Source: Malacoraja senta
Lineage: Eukaryota
DNA: 64,000 nt
Direction of reading: 5' to 3'
Assembly (NCBI GenBank): GCA_038087875.1
Contig: CM075996.1
Location: forward strand, 3,536,001-3,600,000
The position numbers and the translations under genes were made by a program. Below, one piece after another: positions 11,461 through 23,175 of this stretch. Under the pieces are notes generated by a model, which saw only the letters and a list, made by a program, of their open reading frames with translations, was not told where the DNA came from and made no database searches. Position 1 is the first letter of the stretch; each line of letters opens with the position of its first letter.

Positions 11461-12639
11461 CTGTTCTGTTGGTACGTTTGGACATTAACCACTAATGGAG
11501 AAGCAGGGACAATATACTGATGACCAACCACACAGTCTATGTATGGGCGCAACAATAATCAGAAGAGCAGGGCAATGGAATAGGAAGGAAAGACTGAGTT
11601 GGGAGCAGGGAGGAAAGAATGGGGATTATAATTGGGGTCTTTCTGAACCTGATCTTTCTTTCCCTCTCAAACCCATTCTCTAACCTTCTCCCCATAGCCC
11701 CAAACACCATTAATAATCAAGAATGGAGATTATAATTGGGCTGATTGGGGATGATCAGCCATGATCACATTGAATGGTGGTGCTGGCTCGAAGGGCCAAA
11801 TGGTCTACTCCTGCACCTATTGTCTATTGTCTATAATGTTGTTGTGGATGCTGTGCTTCCTGCACTGGTGTTCACCCCGGAGAGGGTGCAACATTTCAGA
11901 AGAAGGCAGGTTCATTTTAAGCAAAATGAACAACTTAAATGGGCCAGGATGAGCTGATGCCCATTGCTTCCCTGATTGTCACCAGAGTTGTTGTAGTCTG
12001 GGCATTGCCTACATCCAACATCTTCAGGAGAGTTGTGGACAGTGGCCCGCGTTTACACCCTGATGTTCTACATAACTGGAATGGAGCATTTAGTTTCCAA
12101 ACGGCAATAAAGGAGAGGTGGAGGGGAGTGGGTGTGGAAGGTAGGAGTGTGGGAATTTGTATACAACTGGCTGAGTTTTTGTAGGTGAGAGGTAATGGGT
12201 TGGGTTATGGGACGGAGGGTGATTGGAGTAGATGAGAATGGGGTTGAGAATGGGGTAGTGAGGGAAGTTTGCAATGTGGGTGGGGTGGAGGTGCAGGGTA
12301 ATAAAGGGAGTAAGTGCGGGAGTATGCACGTTGTGGGGTGGTGAGGGGGAGTGTACAGGTAGGGTTGTCGGGATGGGCTGTGTTGGTATGCTAAGGTGGG
12401 GTGATGATGGGATGGAAGGGTATGCAGTGGCAGTGGGTTGCAGGGGTGAAGTAGGATTGTAGGAGTCGTTTGCTTTGGGATAAAGAAAAACGTGTAGGGT
12501 TGGAAGGATTGTTGGTTCTGGTTCTAGCCCGGTATGGGGTTTGTGGTGGGGGGTTTTGGGGTAGAGTTCTAGGTCAGTGTGGACAATGGTGGGGTCTGGA
12601 TGTTGAGGTTCGGGGTAGGGCTTGGGTTGAATTTTGGGT

Positions 12640-12853
12640 CTGTGGAATTCTCTGCCTCGGAGGGCGGTGGAGGCAGGTTCTCTGGATGCTTTCAAGAGAG
12701 AGCTAGATAGGGCTCTTAAAGATAGCGGAGTCAGGGGATATGGGGAGAAGGCAGGAACGGGGTACTGATTGGGGATGATCAGCCATGATCACATTGAATG
12801 GCGGTGCTGGCTCGAAGGGCCAAATGGCCTACTCCTGCACCTATTGTCTATTG
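12640..12853 (+). mobile_element. CR1 3' fragment
   Basis: TCTGTGGAATTCTCTGCCTC...CCTATTGTCTATTG tail. Confidence 0.88.
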
Positions 12854-13379
12854 TAAGCAAAGGGACGTAGGTACCAACATGGGGGTGATTGTTGGGGTTT
12901 GGGTTTTGGCTTGGGTGTAGACCTACAACCCTTCTCGTACACCCCAACCTCTGCCACAAACCCCAACTCCCAAGCGCCGACATTCTCCGCACTGACCCAG
13001 AGCCACAAACTCCACACTGGTCTACAACTAGAGCCATCAAACCTCCCATCCCAGCACGCTTCTCTTTACCCCAAAGCAAACAACAAATTGGGCATAGGGT
13101 TCAGGTTGTAGGTTGGTCGTGGAGTCATGGGGCACAGAGAAAGGCCCTTCGGCCCAACCTGTCCATGCCGACCAAGATGCCCCAAGGAAGCAAGTCCAAT
13201 TTGAGGTGTGGGCAGTATCAGGCTGATGGGGGATGCGGAGGTCACTATAGGAATGTTGGGGTGGACTGGGGAGTGTGGGGGTGGGCTGTAGGGTTTAGAT
13301 GGGGGGTGGGGGTGGGTGGGGGTGGTAGGCTACTACCCCAGGATGAAGCCTGGGATCGGGGCGGGGGAACAGCAGGGGG

Positions 13380-13841
13380 AGCCAACAACCCGGTTCTCCA
13401 TGTGAAAGCCAACGGGCACATGACGTGCCGCCGCTGCTGTCTCCTAGCAATACAGCAGGAGAGAGAGAGAGAGAGGAAGAGAGATTCCAAATCTCCCTTC
13501 CCACATCCTCATGTGTGCTTGATGTATCTCAGAGAGGCATCTGGAGACGGAGCTGCTGGCATTTTCACACTCTTTTTTCCCCATTTTTATCCCGCTCACA
13601 TCTGGAATTGAGAGTGGCCCCCGTGTGCGTGCCTGGTTGTTGAATAGGACACTTTAGATTTTTTTTGTATCTCTCTCTCTCTCTCTCTCCGTTGTATATG
13701 TTTTGTTTCCCAAAGGAATCTTTCGGTGGATGTATTTTCGCTGTGTGGGTGAATTGATAAGGAGGAGAGAGAAAAAAAAATGGGCTTAGCGTTCCTCTAG
13801 CCTCGCCACAGAAGAAACAGACAGAGAAAATTCTTGTAAGT
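13380..13841 (+). promoter_or_regulatory. Probable promoter and non-coding first exon of an unidentified gene
   Basis: Repeat-free and CpG-containing; CACATG/TGACGT at 13417-13426; X-box-like GTCTCCTAGCAAT at 13439-13451; GA/CT tracts typical of 5' UTRs; uORF ATG 13780-TAG 13800; donor TT|GTAAGT at 13836. Confidence 0.5.
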
Positions 13842-14589
13842 AGGTGCTGATTTTTATTCTATGTAACCGGTGTCCTTTCCTCTGTGGGTTGACTGCCCGT
13901 ATTTTGTTCTTAACATTTGATAGTAGCTCCGATTGCATCTAGAGAGAACTCAGGGGGGGCGATTCTGTCGGGTTGTCTATATGGACAATTGTGTGTAAAT
14001 TGGTCGCGTTTTAACCCCCCCACCCACCCCCACCCCCACCCCCACCTCAATAGTGCATCTTTTATTATTTCGCCTTCCCAGGTAATGAACATTGTAATTG
14101 CAACATGTGAAATAACCGGCAGGGCTGGAAGGATTTTTTTTTTTGAAAGGGGAGTGGGTGGTGTTGGTTACAAATTCCCATCAGATTGCAGGTTTTAAAA
14201 AAAAAAGATGTGCTGAGGATTTTTTTGCATGTCAATGCGGGGGGGGGGGGGGGGGGTTGAATAAGGATGGGGAAATGAAATCGCCTGGGCTTGTGCCACC
14301 CCAAGTTCTTCTGTCATTCCGTGTCCGTGTGCTGACGTTTTCTCCCAATAAATATTGATTATTCCTCCCTCTTTTTCCCCCCTCTTTCAACAGGGTGGTG
14401 AGAGGAGGAGAATTAAAAAAAAAAACACACCGTGGGCAGCGAGGATATGGGATTATAACGTCGCGAAATCTGGGCAGCAAGCGGTCGGAGATATACCATC
14501 AAGCCCCACCAGTGCCGTCTCTGTTACATCTCTCCCCCCAAACTCACTGTTCATTTTCTCTCTCTCCCTCCCCGAGACGAGACCACCTT

Positions 14590-14797
14590 CCCAGAGAGAG
14601 GGGGAGGGAGGGGGGGAGGGAGGGGGGGGAGTTGAATGATTTCAAAGCTGGACAATCCGAAGAAGAGACCGGGTGTCCGGTGAGAGGTTGGAAGGCGAAG
14701 AAAGGCTCCACACGTCCGCGCCGGGGCTCTCTGCTCAACATGCTTAGCTCAGTGACAAGCCCAAGAGGCGGCTTGTTCAGTGACCAGAAAGGTAAGC
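14590..14797 (+). other. Candidate alternative first exon, possibly coding from ATG 14740 (MLSSVTSPRGGLFSDQK, phase 1)
   Basis: CpG-rich unique sequence, CAACATG start context, consensus donor AAG|GTAAGC at 14792; peptide not recognised. Confidence 0.4.
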
Positions 14798-15259
14798 GAC
14801 TTGTGGAATTACAATATGGGCAGCGGCAGAGACGAGGACAACCAGTCAGCTGGGGTGGTGTGGGGGGGGGGGGGGGTTGTGACAAAAGTTTACCCCGAGA
14901 CCCACTGCTGGGATCAGACCCTTGGGCTCTCTGAAGTCACGGGGAGGGGGGCAGGTCGCTCCGGCCACATCAGTGATGGGGTTAGAGGTTTTTTTTTTCA
15001 CAGCTCAAGCTGAGCCAGGAAGCGCGTTGGTTAGCGCGGAGTGACTGGTACCACCAGGCTGTTAAATGGGTCATTTTAAAGGGACAGGCCAGTCTCCAGT
15101 GATGAGCGGGTGTTCAGACGGTGCTGAAATTCACATCACAGTAACTAACCCAATTGCCATTGCTCTGTCTCTGCTGAGTGGGCCGTGCAGGGGCTAACAG
15201 TTTAGACACATAACGTGCAGCGGGGGTGGCAGACAGGGCCAGGCTCAATGGTTCAAATA

Positions 15260-15346
15260 GGGTCTCGACCCGAAACGTCACCCATTCCTTCTCTCCAGAG
15301 ATGCTGCCTGTCCCCGTGGAGTTACTCCAGCTCTTTGTGTCTATCT
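15260..15346 (+). mobile_element. Short PLE-terminal insertion
   Basis: 15 bp TSD TCAATGGTTCAAATA (15245-15259, 15347-15361); partial hammerhead core GGGTCTCGACCCGAAACGTC. Confidence 0.8.
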
Positions 15347-15685
15347 TCAATGGTTCAAATATCAATCTCTGGCCTCTGCACCTCATATAGCCCTTGGAGA
15401 TGGGACAGGAGTGGCTAGTATCAACAAAGGGCCTGAACGGTCTTGTTGGGGACTGGCCACATGAGCTCGTTTTATAGTCCCCAGTGTCCAGACAACGAGG
15501 GTGGATTGTTCAAGGTGCTCGAATTATCCTAAGGATAATTGAATGAGTATGGAGAACCCACAACCTCAAAAGTCAAGAGTGTTTCATTGTCAGGGCAGAC
15601 TGAAGAAACATCACCTATCTATGTTCTCCAGAGATGCTGCCTGACCTGCTGAGTTACTCCAGCACTTTGTGTCCATTTTTGTGTT

Positions 15686-16286
15686 TAGACAATAGACAAT
15701 AGACAATAGGTGCAGGAGTAGGACATTCGGCCTTCGAGCCAGCACCGCCATTCAATGTGATCATGGCTGATCATCCCCAATCAGTACCCCGTTCCTGCCT
15801 TCACCCCATAGCCCCTGACTCTGCTATTTTTAAGAGCCCTATCTAGCTCTCTCTTGAAAGCATCCAGAGAACCTGCCTCCACCGCCCTCCGAGGCAGAGA
15901 ATTCCATAGACTCACCACTCTCTGTGAGGAAAAAGTGTTTCCTCGTCTCCATTCTAAATGGCTTACTCCTTATTCTTAAACTGTGGCCCCTGGTTCTGGA
16001 CTCCCCCAACATCGGGAACGTGTTTCCTGCCTCTAGCGTGTCCAAACCCTTAACAATCTTATATGTTTCAATGCGATCCCCTCTCATCCTTCTAAACTCC
16101 AGAGTGTACAAGCCCAGCTGCTCCATTCTCTCAGCATATGACGGTCCCGCCATCCGGGAATTAACCTTGTAAACCTACGCTGCACTCCCTCAATAGCAAG
16201 AATGTCCTTCCTCAAATTAGGGGACCGAAACTGCACACAATACTCCAGGTGTGGTCTCACTAGGGCTCTGTACAACTGCAGAAGGA
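15686..16286 (-). mobile_element. CR1 LINE 3' ~600 bp
   Basis: ORFs 16084..16329 and 15839..16153 give LLQLYRALVRPHLEYCVQF...ERMEQLGLYTLEFRRMRGD; (GACAATA)n tail. Confidence 0.93.
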
Positions 16287-17963
16287 GTTGTACTGACATA
16301 TGTACCGACAATGGAACAATGACATCCATTCAGGGAAATTGGGAACAGGACTAAGTTGGGAAGAAGTTCATGTGAAAGGGTGGCTTGAAAATGGAACTTA
16401 ACCCCCTAAAATGCAATGGATGTTATGCTTATTGGAATTATTGTAGAACTGACTGATTTTGTGTTTGGTGTGGTGGGTAAATGGACTTGAGATGTAGGTT
16501 AGCCACAGTCTAGTTGAACAAGAGAGGAAGCTCGAGGGTCTGAATAGTCTTCAGCTGGCACATTATAGATAGCAGAGTCTATCCAGGATAAATAAGGACA
16601 TCACGTGTGCAGTGCAAAGAAAGGTAGAAATATAGGACATGCATATAAAAGTTTATATATAGTAAATGTCGGGTATATTGTGACATATATAAAATAAGGA
16701 CACCAGTCAGGATCAATGGACAAACTGCATAATATCAGGAGCCTGTACAAACATATTGTATGAAGGTCACAAATAAATAAATAGCTTCAGCGTAGACTGT
16801 TTTAAATACTACATGTAAATGATGTCTAATAATAGCAGGAGTATTTAAGTGTGAATTTCCTGTCCACCCTGTCACTTTCTGCGTTACATTCTTCACTCAT
16901 TTTTAATTATTGACAAAATATATATATTTTTGGAAGAATAATTTGATTACATCTTAAGAAACTTGAATTTTCAGTTTATTATTTGAAATGTGAGCTCGGT
17001 AATTATATATATATATATATATTAGTCAAAGAAAGCCCACCATTTAACTCTGAATCCTAACTTGTGGCCCAGACAACAATTTCTATTCAAACAGTTACTC
17101 TCTGATTGGCCTTATCTTGTACAGAAGACGCTGGAGTAACTCAGCGGGACGGGCAGCATCCCTGGAGAGAAGGAATGGGTGACGTTTCAGGTCGAGACCC
17201 TTCTTCAGACTTTAAACCAGCATCTGCAGTTCCTTCCTAAACACTTATCTTGTACAGTTCTCCTTCCAAACAATTAGATTTGATTGCCCTCACCTTGAAC
17301 TGTTCTCCAGATAAACAATTGAACTCTGACTACCACCACTGTGCGCAGTTCTCCTGATAGACAATTGGCCTCTGATTGGCCTCAGCTTGTGGTCTTCTCC
17401 CGCTGTTGGAGAAGGTCTCAAACTTGGCTAGACTAGAATCTCTATTGTGTTTGAGGCATCTCTGAGATCAGTAGAGGATTCTTTGAGCTGTCATTCTCCA
17501 GTAAGAGGTCTAGAACAAGGTGGCTTTGATTAAAAGATTTGATCAAAACACCAAGTGTTGGAAGAACTTAGCTGGTTAGGCGACATCTGAGGAGGAAATG
17601 GATAGAAGACATTTTGGGTTGGGACCATTCTTCAGAACGATAGTTCCGATAATTATTTAAGCAGTGTCTTATTGCGATTCAAGAATAATTTGATTATATC
17701 TTAAGAAACATAAATTTGCTGGGTCAGGCAGCATCGCTGGAGAACATGGATAGGTGATGTTTCTTAATACTCTTGACTCCTGGGATCATGGGTTCTCCCT
17801 ACTCATTCTATCACATCCTTAGGATAATATGATCACCTCGATCAAATCACCCTACACACTCATTTGATCGTGTAAACTAGCCTTATCTTTTTATACATTT
17901 TGTTGACAAGTTAGTCCACACCCTAAGCAAGTGAATTGAAAACTGCTCTGCCATGTTAGATGT

Positions 17964-18081
17964 TTAAGAAGGAACTGCAGATGCTGGAAAATCAAAGGTA
18001 GACAAAAATGCTGGAGAAACTCAGTGGGTGAGGCAGCATCTATGGAGCGAAGGAAATAGGCAACGTTTCGGGCCGAAGAAG
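17964..18081 (-). mobile_element. Short PLE-terminal insertion (second subfamily)
   Basis: 19 bp TSD GCTCTGC(C/G)ATGTTAGATGT (17945-17963, 18082-18100). Confidence 0.8.
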
Positions 18082-18347
18082 GCTCTGCGATGTTAGATGT
18101 CTAGTTTTCTATCTACAGGTCTATCCATATTATCCATTAGCAATGCCATTGGAGGTTTAATGGTGCTCTTTATATTACTGTGGATTTGGAAGGCCAGAGG
18201 TTACTTATTACACTTGACAATCGCAGGGAAATGCGGATTGTATTTATATGACATTCCTATCTGCTGCTCTGGTTGGTGTTAGTTACCCATTTAATTAAAC
18301 TTGTAATAGAGCAGACAAAGGGATGTTGTATAATTACATTAAATTAT

Positions 18348-18890
18348 TGTGTCGGAAGGAACTGCAGATGCTGGTTTAAACCAAAAATAGTCACACAATG
18401 CTGGAGTAACTCAGTGGGACAGGCAGCATCTCTGGAGAGAAGGACTGGGTGACGTTTCAGGTCGAGACCCTTCTTCAGACTAGTCTGGGGAAATGGAAAC
18501 GAGAGATATAGACGGTAATGTAGAGAGAGATATAAAACAAATGATTGAAAGATACGCTAAATAGTAACGATGATAAAGGAAGCAGGCCATTGTTAGCTCT
18601 TTGCTAGGTGACATCGGGTATCTGGTGTGACTTGGGTAGGGGAGGGATGGAGGGAGAGGGAGTGCAGGGGTTACTTGAAGTTAGTGAAATCAATATTGAT
18701 ACCACTGGGCTGTAAGCTGCCCAAGCAAAATATGAGGTGCTGTTCCTCCAATTTGCGATTAGCCTCATTCTGACAATGGAGGAGACCTAGGACAGAAAGG
18801 TCAGTGTGGGAATGGGAAAGAGAATTAAAGTGTTTGGCAACTGGGAGACCAGGTAGATTCAGGTGGACTGAGCGAATGTGTTCAGCAATA
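18348..18890 (-). mobile_element. 5'-truncated Penelope-like element: GIY-YIG C-terminus, 3' UTR, hammerhead-like motif, terminus
   Basis: ORF 18671..18913 AEHIRSVH..PGLPVAKHFNSLSHSHTDLSVLGLLHCQNEANRKLEEQHLIFCLGSLQPSGINIDF; ~13 bp TSD ATTAA(A/G)TTATTGT (18338-18350, 18891-18903). Confidence 0.88.
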
Positions 18891-19336
18891 ATTAAGTTAT
18901 TGTCTGCTATCACTGGAAAAATAATGTCTGGATTAGAGGACCATATTATTGTTTCTAATAGGATAATTCAATATATAGTGAGAAAAATATTAAGCCGTGC
19001 ATAATAGAAGCCTGGTTCTATTGGTTTCCTATGCATGGCCACTTTCTACAATGTACCATGGAGCAAACAAATGGTCATCAGAGCAGATGACCAAACCTGG
19101 TCATGAGATGGACTTTATGCACATTATAAAAGGAATGAGATGCGTGTGGAGCCGAAGGTTCAGGAATGAATCCCAGAGTTATGTAACTAGGACAAAGAAA
19201 GCAGTGTCCACAGGGGGCCAGCATTTCGGAACATAATAGTTAAAGGGTTGTTAGGGTTGAGACCCAAAGGTGGATCTTGAACACAAGGATAAAATATTAA
19301 TATTGAATCATTGATGAATTGGGAATGCGGGCAGGT

Positions 19337-19621
19337 GACAATAGACAATAGGTGCAGGAGTAGGCCATTTGGCCCTTCGAGCCAGCATCGCCATTCAATG
19401 TGATCATGGCTGATCATCCCCAATCAGTACCCCGTTCCTGCCTTCTCCCCATATCCCCTGACTACGCTATTTTTAAGAGCCCTATCTAGCTCTCTCTTGA
19501 AAGCATCCAGAGAACCTGCCTCCACCGCCCCCTGAGGCAGAGAATTCCACAGACTCACCACTCTCTGTGAGAAAAAGTGTTTCCTCGTCTCCGTTCTAAA
19601 TGGCTTACTCCTTATTCTTAA
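19337..19621 (-). mobile_element. CR1 3' fragment
   Basis: ORF 19424..19627 HFFSQRVVSLWNSLP...FKRELDRALKN; GACAATA tail. Confidence 0.9.
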
Positions 19622-20399
19622 AACCAAAACGTATCTGCAAGATGCTGGAAAATCTGAACTAAAATCATCAAATGCTGGAAATGCTCAACTGGCCAAGTGG
19701 CATTTGTAGGATGAGAAACAGAAATAATTTTTCTGAGAACTGTACTGATGAAGTGAGTCCAATCTAAAATGTTAACTCGGCTTCGGTTCCCACAGATGCA
19801 GCCTGACTTGTTGAGTATTTCAGGCATTTTCTGTTTTTTATTATCATCATATAGGTGACCTCATACTGGACAGCAGTGGCTGCATATTAGGGAATTGTGT
19901 AAATATAAATTTAAAATTGTCACTCACTAAATAATAGGCCATTATATACTACATGATATTCATTGAGTATATAGGAACATATAAAATATTTAATAGTCAC
20001 CGCAATAAATGGAACATACTATGAAATGTATAATAGGCATTCAATAACTAAAACCCTTAGAAGCCATCTCTACATATATATAGGTAAAAACATAATTTGC
20101 TTTGTATGGCATTTCAAGTTGATTGTTTTACATTGAGGAAGCCTTGCAGAACTTTGGTTCATCTTCAATGATGAATGTTAAAATCATCTTTTACTCTGGC
20201 TCAAAAACCAGTTTTCTTTTCCCCCCAGCATTTCTTTAAGCTGTCACTGTCACCCATAAAATTAATGTAGGACTACAGACACTTAAATCTTGTGCATAGT
20301 CAGCTGAACCTGTATTCTGCACTAATATTTTGCTGGGAGTTTGCAAGTATCCCAATGCGTGTTTGCCATTTTGGCTGACTACAGTCTGGTTTCCAACAG

Positions 20400-20830
20400 T
20401 TCAGTTTAGTTTAGGGATACACCATTGAAACAGGCCCACCCGTGGCCCTCCGAGTCCACGCCGACTATCAATTCTTGTTCACATTAGAGGATAGACAAAA
20501 ATGCTGGAGAAACTCAGCGGGTGAGGCAGCATCTATGGAGCGAAGGAAATAGGCAATGTTTCGGGTGGAAACCCTTCTTCAGACATTAGAGGATTATGTT
20601 ATCCCACATTCGCATCCACTCCCTGCTCACTTGGGGCAATTTCCAGAGGTTTTCAATTAACCTGCAAAACGAGCATGTCTTTGGGATGTGGGAGGAAACG
20701 GGAACACCTGGAGAAAAACCCACACGTCCCAGGGAAAACGTGCAAACTCCACACCAACAACACCCGAGGACAGGATTGAACCCAGGTCTCTGGCGCTGTG
20801 ACGAAATGGCTCTACCAACTGCCCCAGTGT
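20400..20830 (-). mobile_element. V-SINE (HE1-like) with a nested PLE-terminal insertion (20493-20582, 12 bp TSD ACATTAGAGGAT)
   Basis: (AAACT)n tail on minus, V-domain, B box GGTTCAATCC on minus at ~20773-20782. Confidence 0.75.
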
Positions 20831-22329
20831 GCCAATCTGTGCATCATGTGTCATCATTTGTGCCACTTTGCTGCCCTACGCCACCGTGCTGCCCGTTTAT
20901 TTGACGTCAAAGAACTGTGATAGCTTCTTGATAAGTGTTTAGGTGGGAGGGCACGGTATACTGGATGTTGGAGCTTTCCAAGGCAATTGCTGAGGTCACG
21001 GGCACCATGACCGGGCATTTATAGCTCCATGATATGTACACATTGAGTCCGGGTGTATAATGCGTTGAATGCAATAACTCCTCAATAAGCACCTGCCAAG
21101 TTTGTACTGTAAGGGTTCCAATGAATTTGTTTGGCATGAATTTTTGAGAGTTGCATTGATGAGCAAAAGTGCCAGATGTGGCTTGTCATTATGTTTGGCC
21201 CCCTGGTAAATGATAAGCATCTAATGATAGGGACATTGTAGATTATAAAATGCTCTCTGTACAATAGATATTCAATATATTGGGACATAAAGGATAGTTA
21301 CAATATTTTGGGTCACATTTTGAATATAATAATTTATAATAATTATTAATACACACGTATATAATATATAAATATATATATATACATATATATAATTTAT
21401 AATAATATAAATGCTCATGGGTTCATAAGTGATAGGAGCAGAATTAGGCTATTCAGCCCATCAAGTCTACTCCACTGTTCAATCATGGCTGATCTATCTT
21501 TCCCTCTTCACCCCATTCTCCTCCCTTCTTCCCATAACCCCTGACACCTGTACTCAGGAATCTATCTATCTCTGCTTTAAAAAAATATCCATTGACTTGA
21601 ATATCCACTGCGTAACACAATAAATCATTTTTAATTTAAAATATTTAATTATCTTAGTGGGTGGTTCAGCGAAATGTGCACCAGGTTATTGAAGGAAGTG
21701 AGGGAGGGGGAAGAAATGACTTAATGTCACTGAATCTTCCAAACATTCATTGAGTCAGAGGACCAGTCAATTACAAATTTGAACCTTTGTTCAAAAAATA
21801 TGAACCTTTGTTCAAAAAATATGTAGAATAAACGCAATAACCGCAGCTAAGTCAATTCGAGAAAAGTAATCGGGGTCAAAATTGGTTGTCGTTTTGGATA
21901 AGTGTGGACAAATTATTGATTAGACAATATCATCATAGTTTTGCTGAAGGCAAATAATGTCTGGGACTATCCCAGCATTTAAGAAACAGTTAGACAAGTA
22001 CATGGATAAGACCGGTTTGGAGAGATATGGACCAAACGTGGGCAGGTGGGACTAGTGTATCTGGAACACTTTGGCCGATGTGGGCAAGTTGGGCCGAAGG
22101 ACCTGTTTCCACACCATGACTCTATGACAAAGCAAACTTTGAGGAAGATAGTAATAGTGATAGGAATATAATCAGGCTGGTGAATGAGGGGGAATGGGTC
22201 GTCAATGAGATTTAATAATAGGAAATGTAACATTTTTAAAGGAAGAAAGAGAAGAGACAATATAACCTTGAGGGTACAATGCCAAAATGGGGTTACAGGA
22301 AGAGAGTCATCTGGGAATATATGTGCATT

Positions 22330-23175
22330 GTTTGTTCAACATGGCAGGACAGATTGTGAAAATGTTTTTTAAAAACATACGACATCCTGAGTTTTATAAA
22401 TAGAGACGTGGAGTACAAGAGCAAGGAAGTCATGATGATATCACTGGCGTATTGTGTTTATGCAAAATGCAACTCCTTAGCAGAGATTGTGGAGAGCATG
22501 CAGAACAAATTCACCAAAATGGTTTCGGAGAGGGGAGACATTAGTTACATGGAGAGACTGGAGAAGCAGGTTTGTTCAACTTGGATCAGAGGAGATTGTG
22601 AGGAGATCTGATGGAAATGGTCACAAGGAGTTGGAGTAGAGTGGTTGAGGGCTGGAGAACCTGGAGTGGAGGAATGAAGAGTGGCATGGTGGTGCAGCAG
22701 TTAGTATTCATGCCTTGCAGCTCCAAGGATTTGGGATGGAGCCTGACAACTGGTGCTGCCCGTGTGGAGTTTGGATTTTCTCCCTATGACTGCATGAGTT
22801 TCTCCCCTAATGCTCTAGTTTTCTCCCACAACCCAAATAGGTCATAGTAGATTAATTAACCATTATAAATTACCACTAACGTAGGTTAATCACAAGGGAG
22901 TTGATGTGCCTATGATCCTGGTGGACAGAACTAAGTCAATGTAAGTATAAGGCGATTGGCAAAAGACTTGAATTGAAGGCAAAGAGATTTTTTGAAGCAT
23001 GTGGTAGTGGAGGCAGATTCAATAGCAGTGTTTAAAAAGTAGCTGGGTACATATCCAAAAGGAAATAATTTGCAGGGATGTGGGGAGAGGGCAGGGAAGT
23101 AGGGCTGGCTTGAGTTATCTTGCCTCAAGCTAATATGGACTTGATGGGCTGAATAGTCTTCCACGGTGCTGTGAT
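22330..23175 (+). mobile_element. Old, degraded CR1 ORF2 3' region interrupted by a V-SINE (~22682-22880)
   Basis: ORF 22408 EYKSKEVM...ISYMERLEK resembles the CR1 ORF2 end; downstream FKK.LG..-like segment. Confidence 0.6.

Noticed and set aside
12090..13611. 201 aa and 240 aa Pro/Gly-rich ORFs
   Set aside because: Arise from G/C-skewed low-complexity sequence and cross repeat boundaries; no recognisable domain.
15115..15130. REST/NRSE site (TTCAGCACC on minus)
   Set aside because: Only the left half-site matches; the GGACAG half is absent.
17070..17400. CRISPR-like repeat-spacer array
   Set aside because: Eukaryotic context, degenerate tandem units without unique spacers, and no cas genes.
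21780..21821. 21 bp x2 tandem with internal TGAAC/GTTCA mini-hairpin
   Set aside because: A simple local slippage duplication; too short to imply function.
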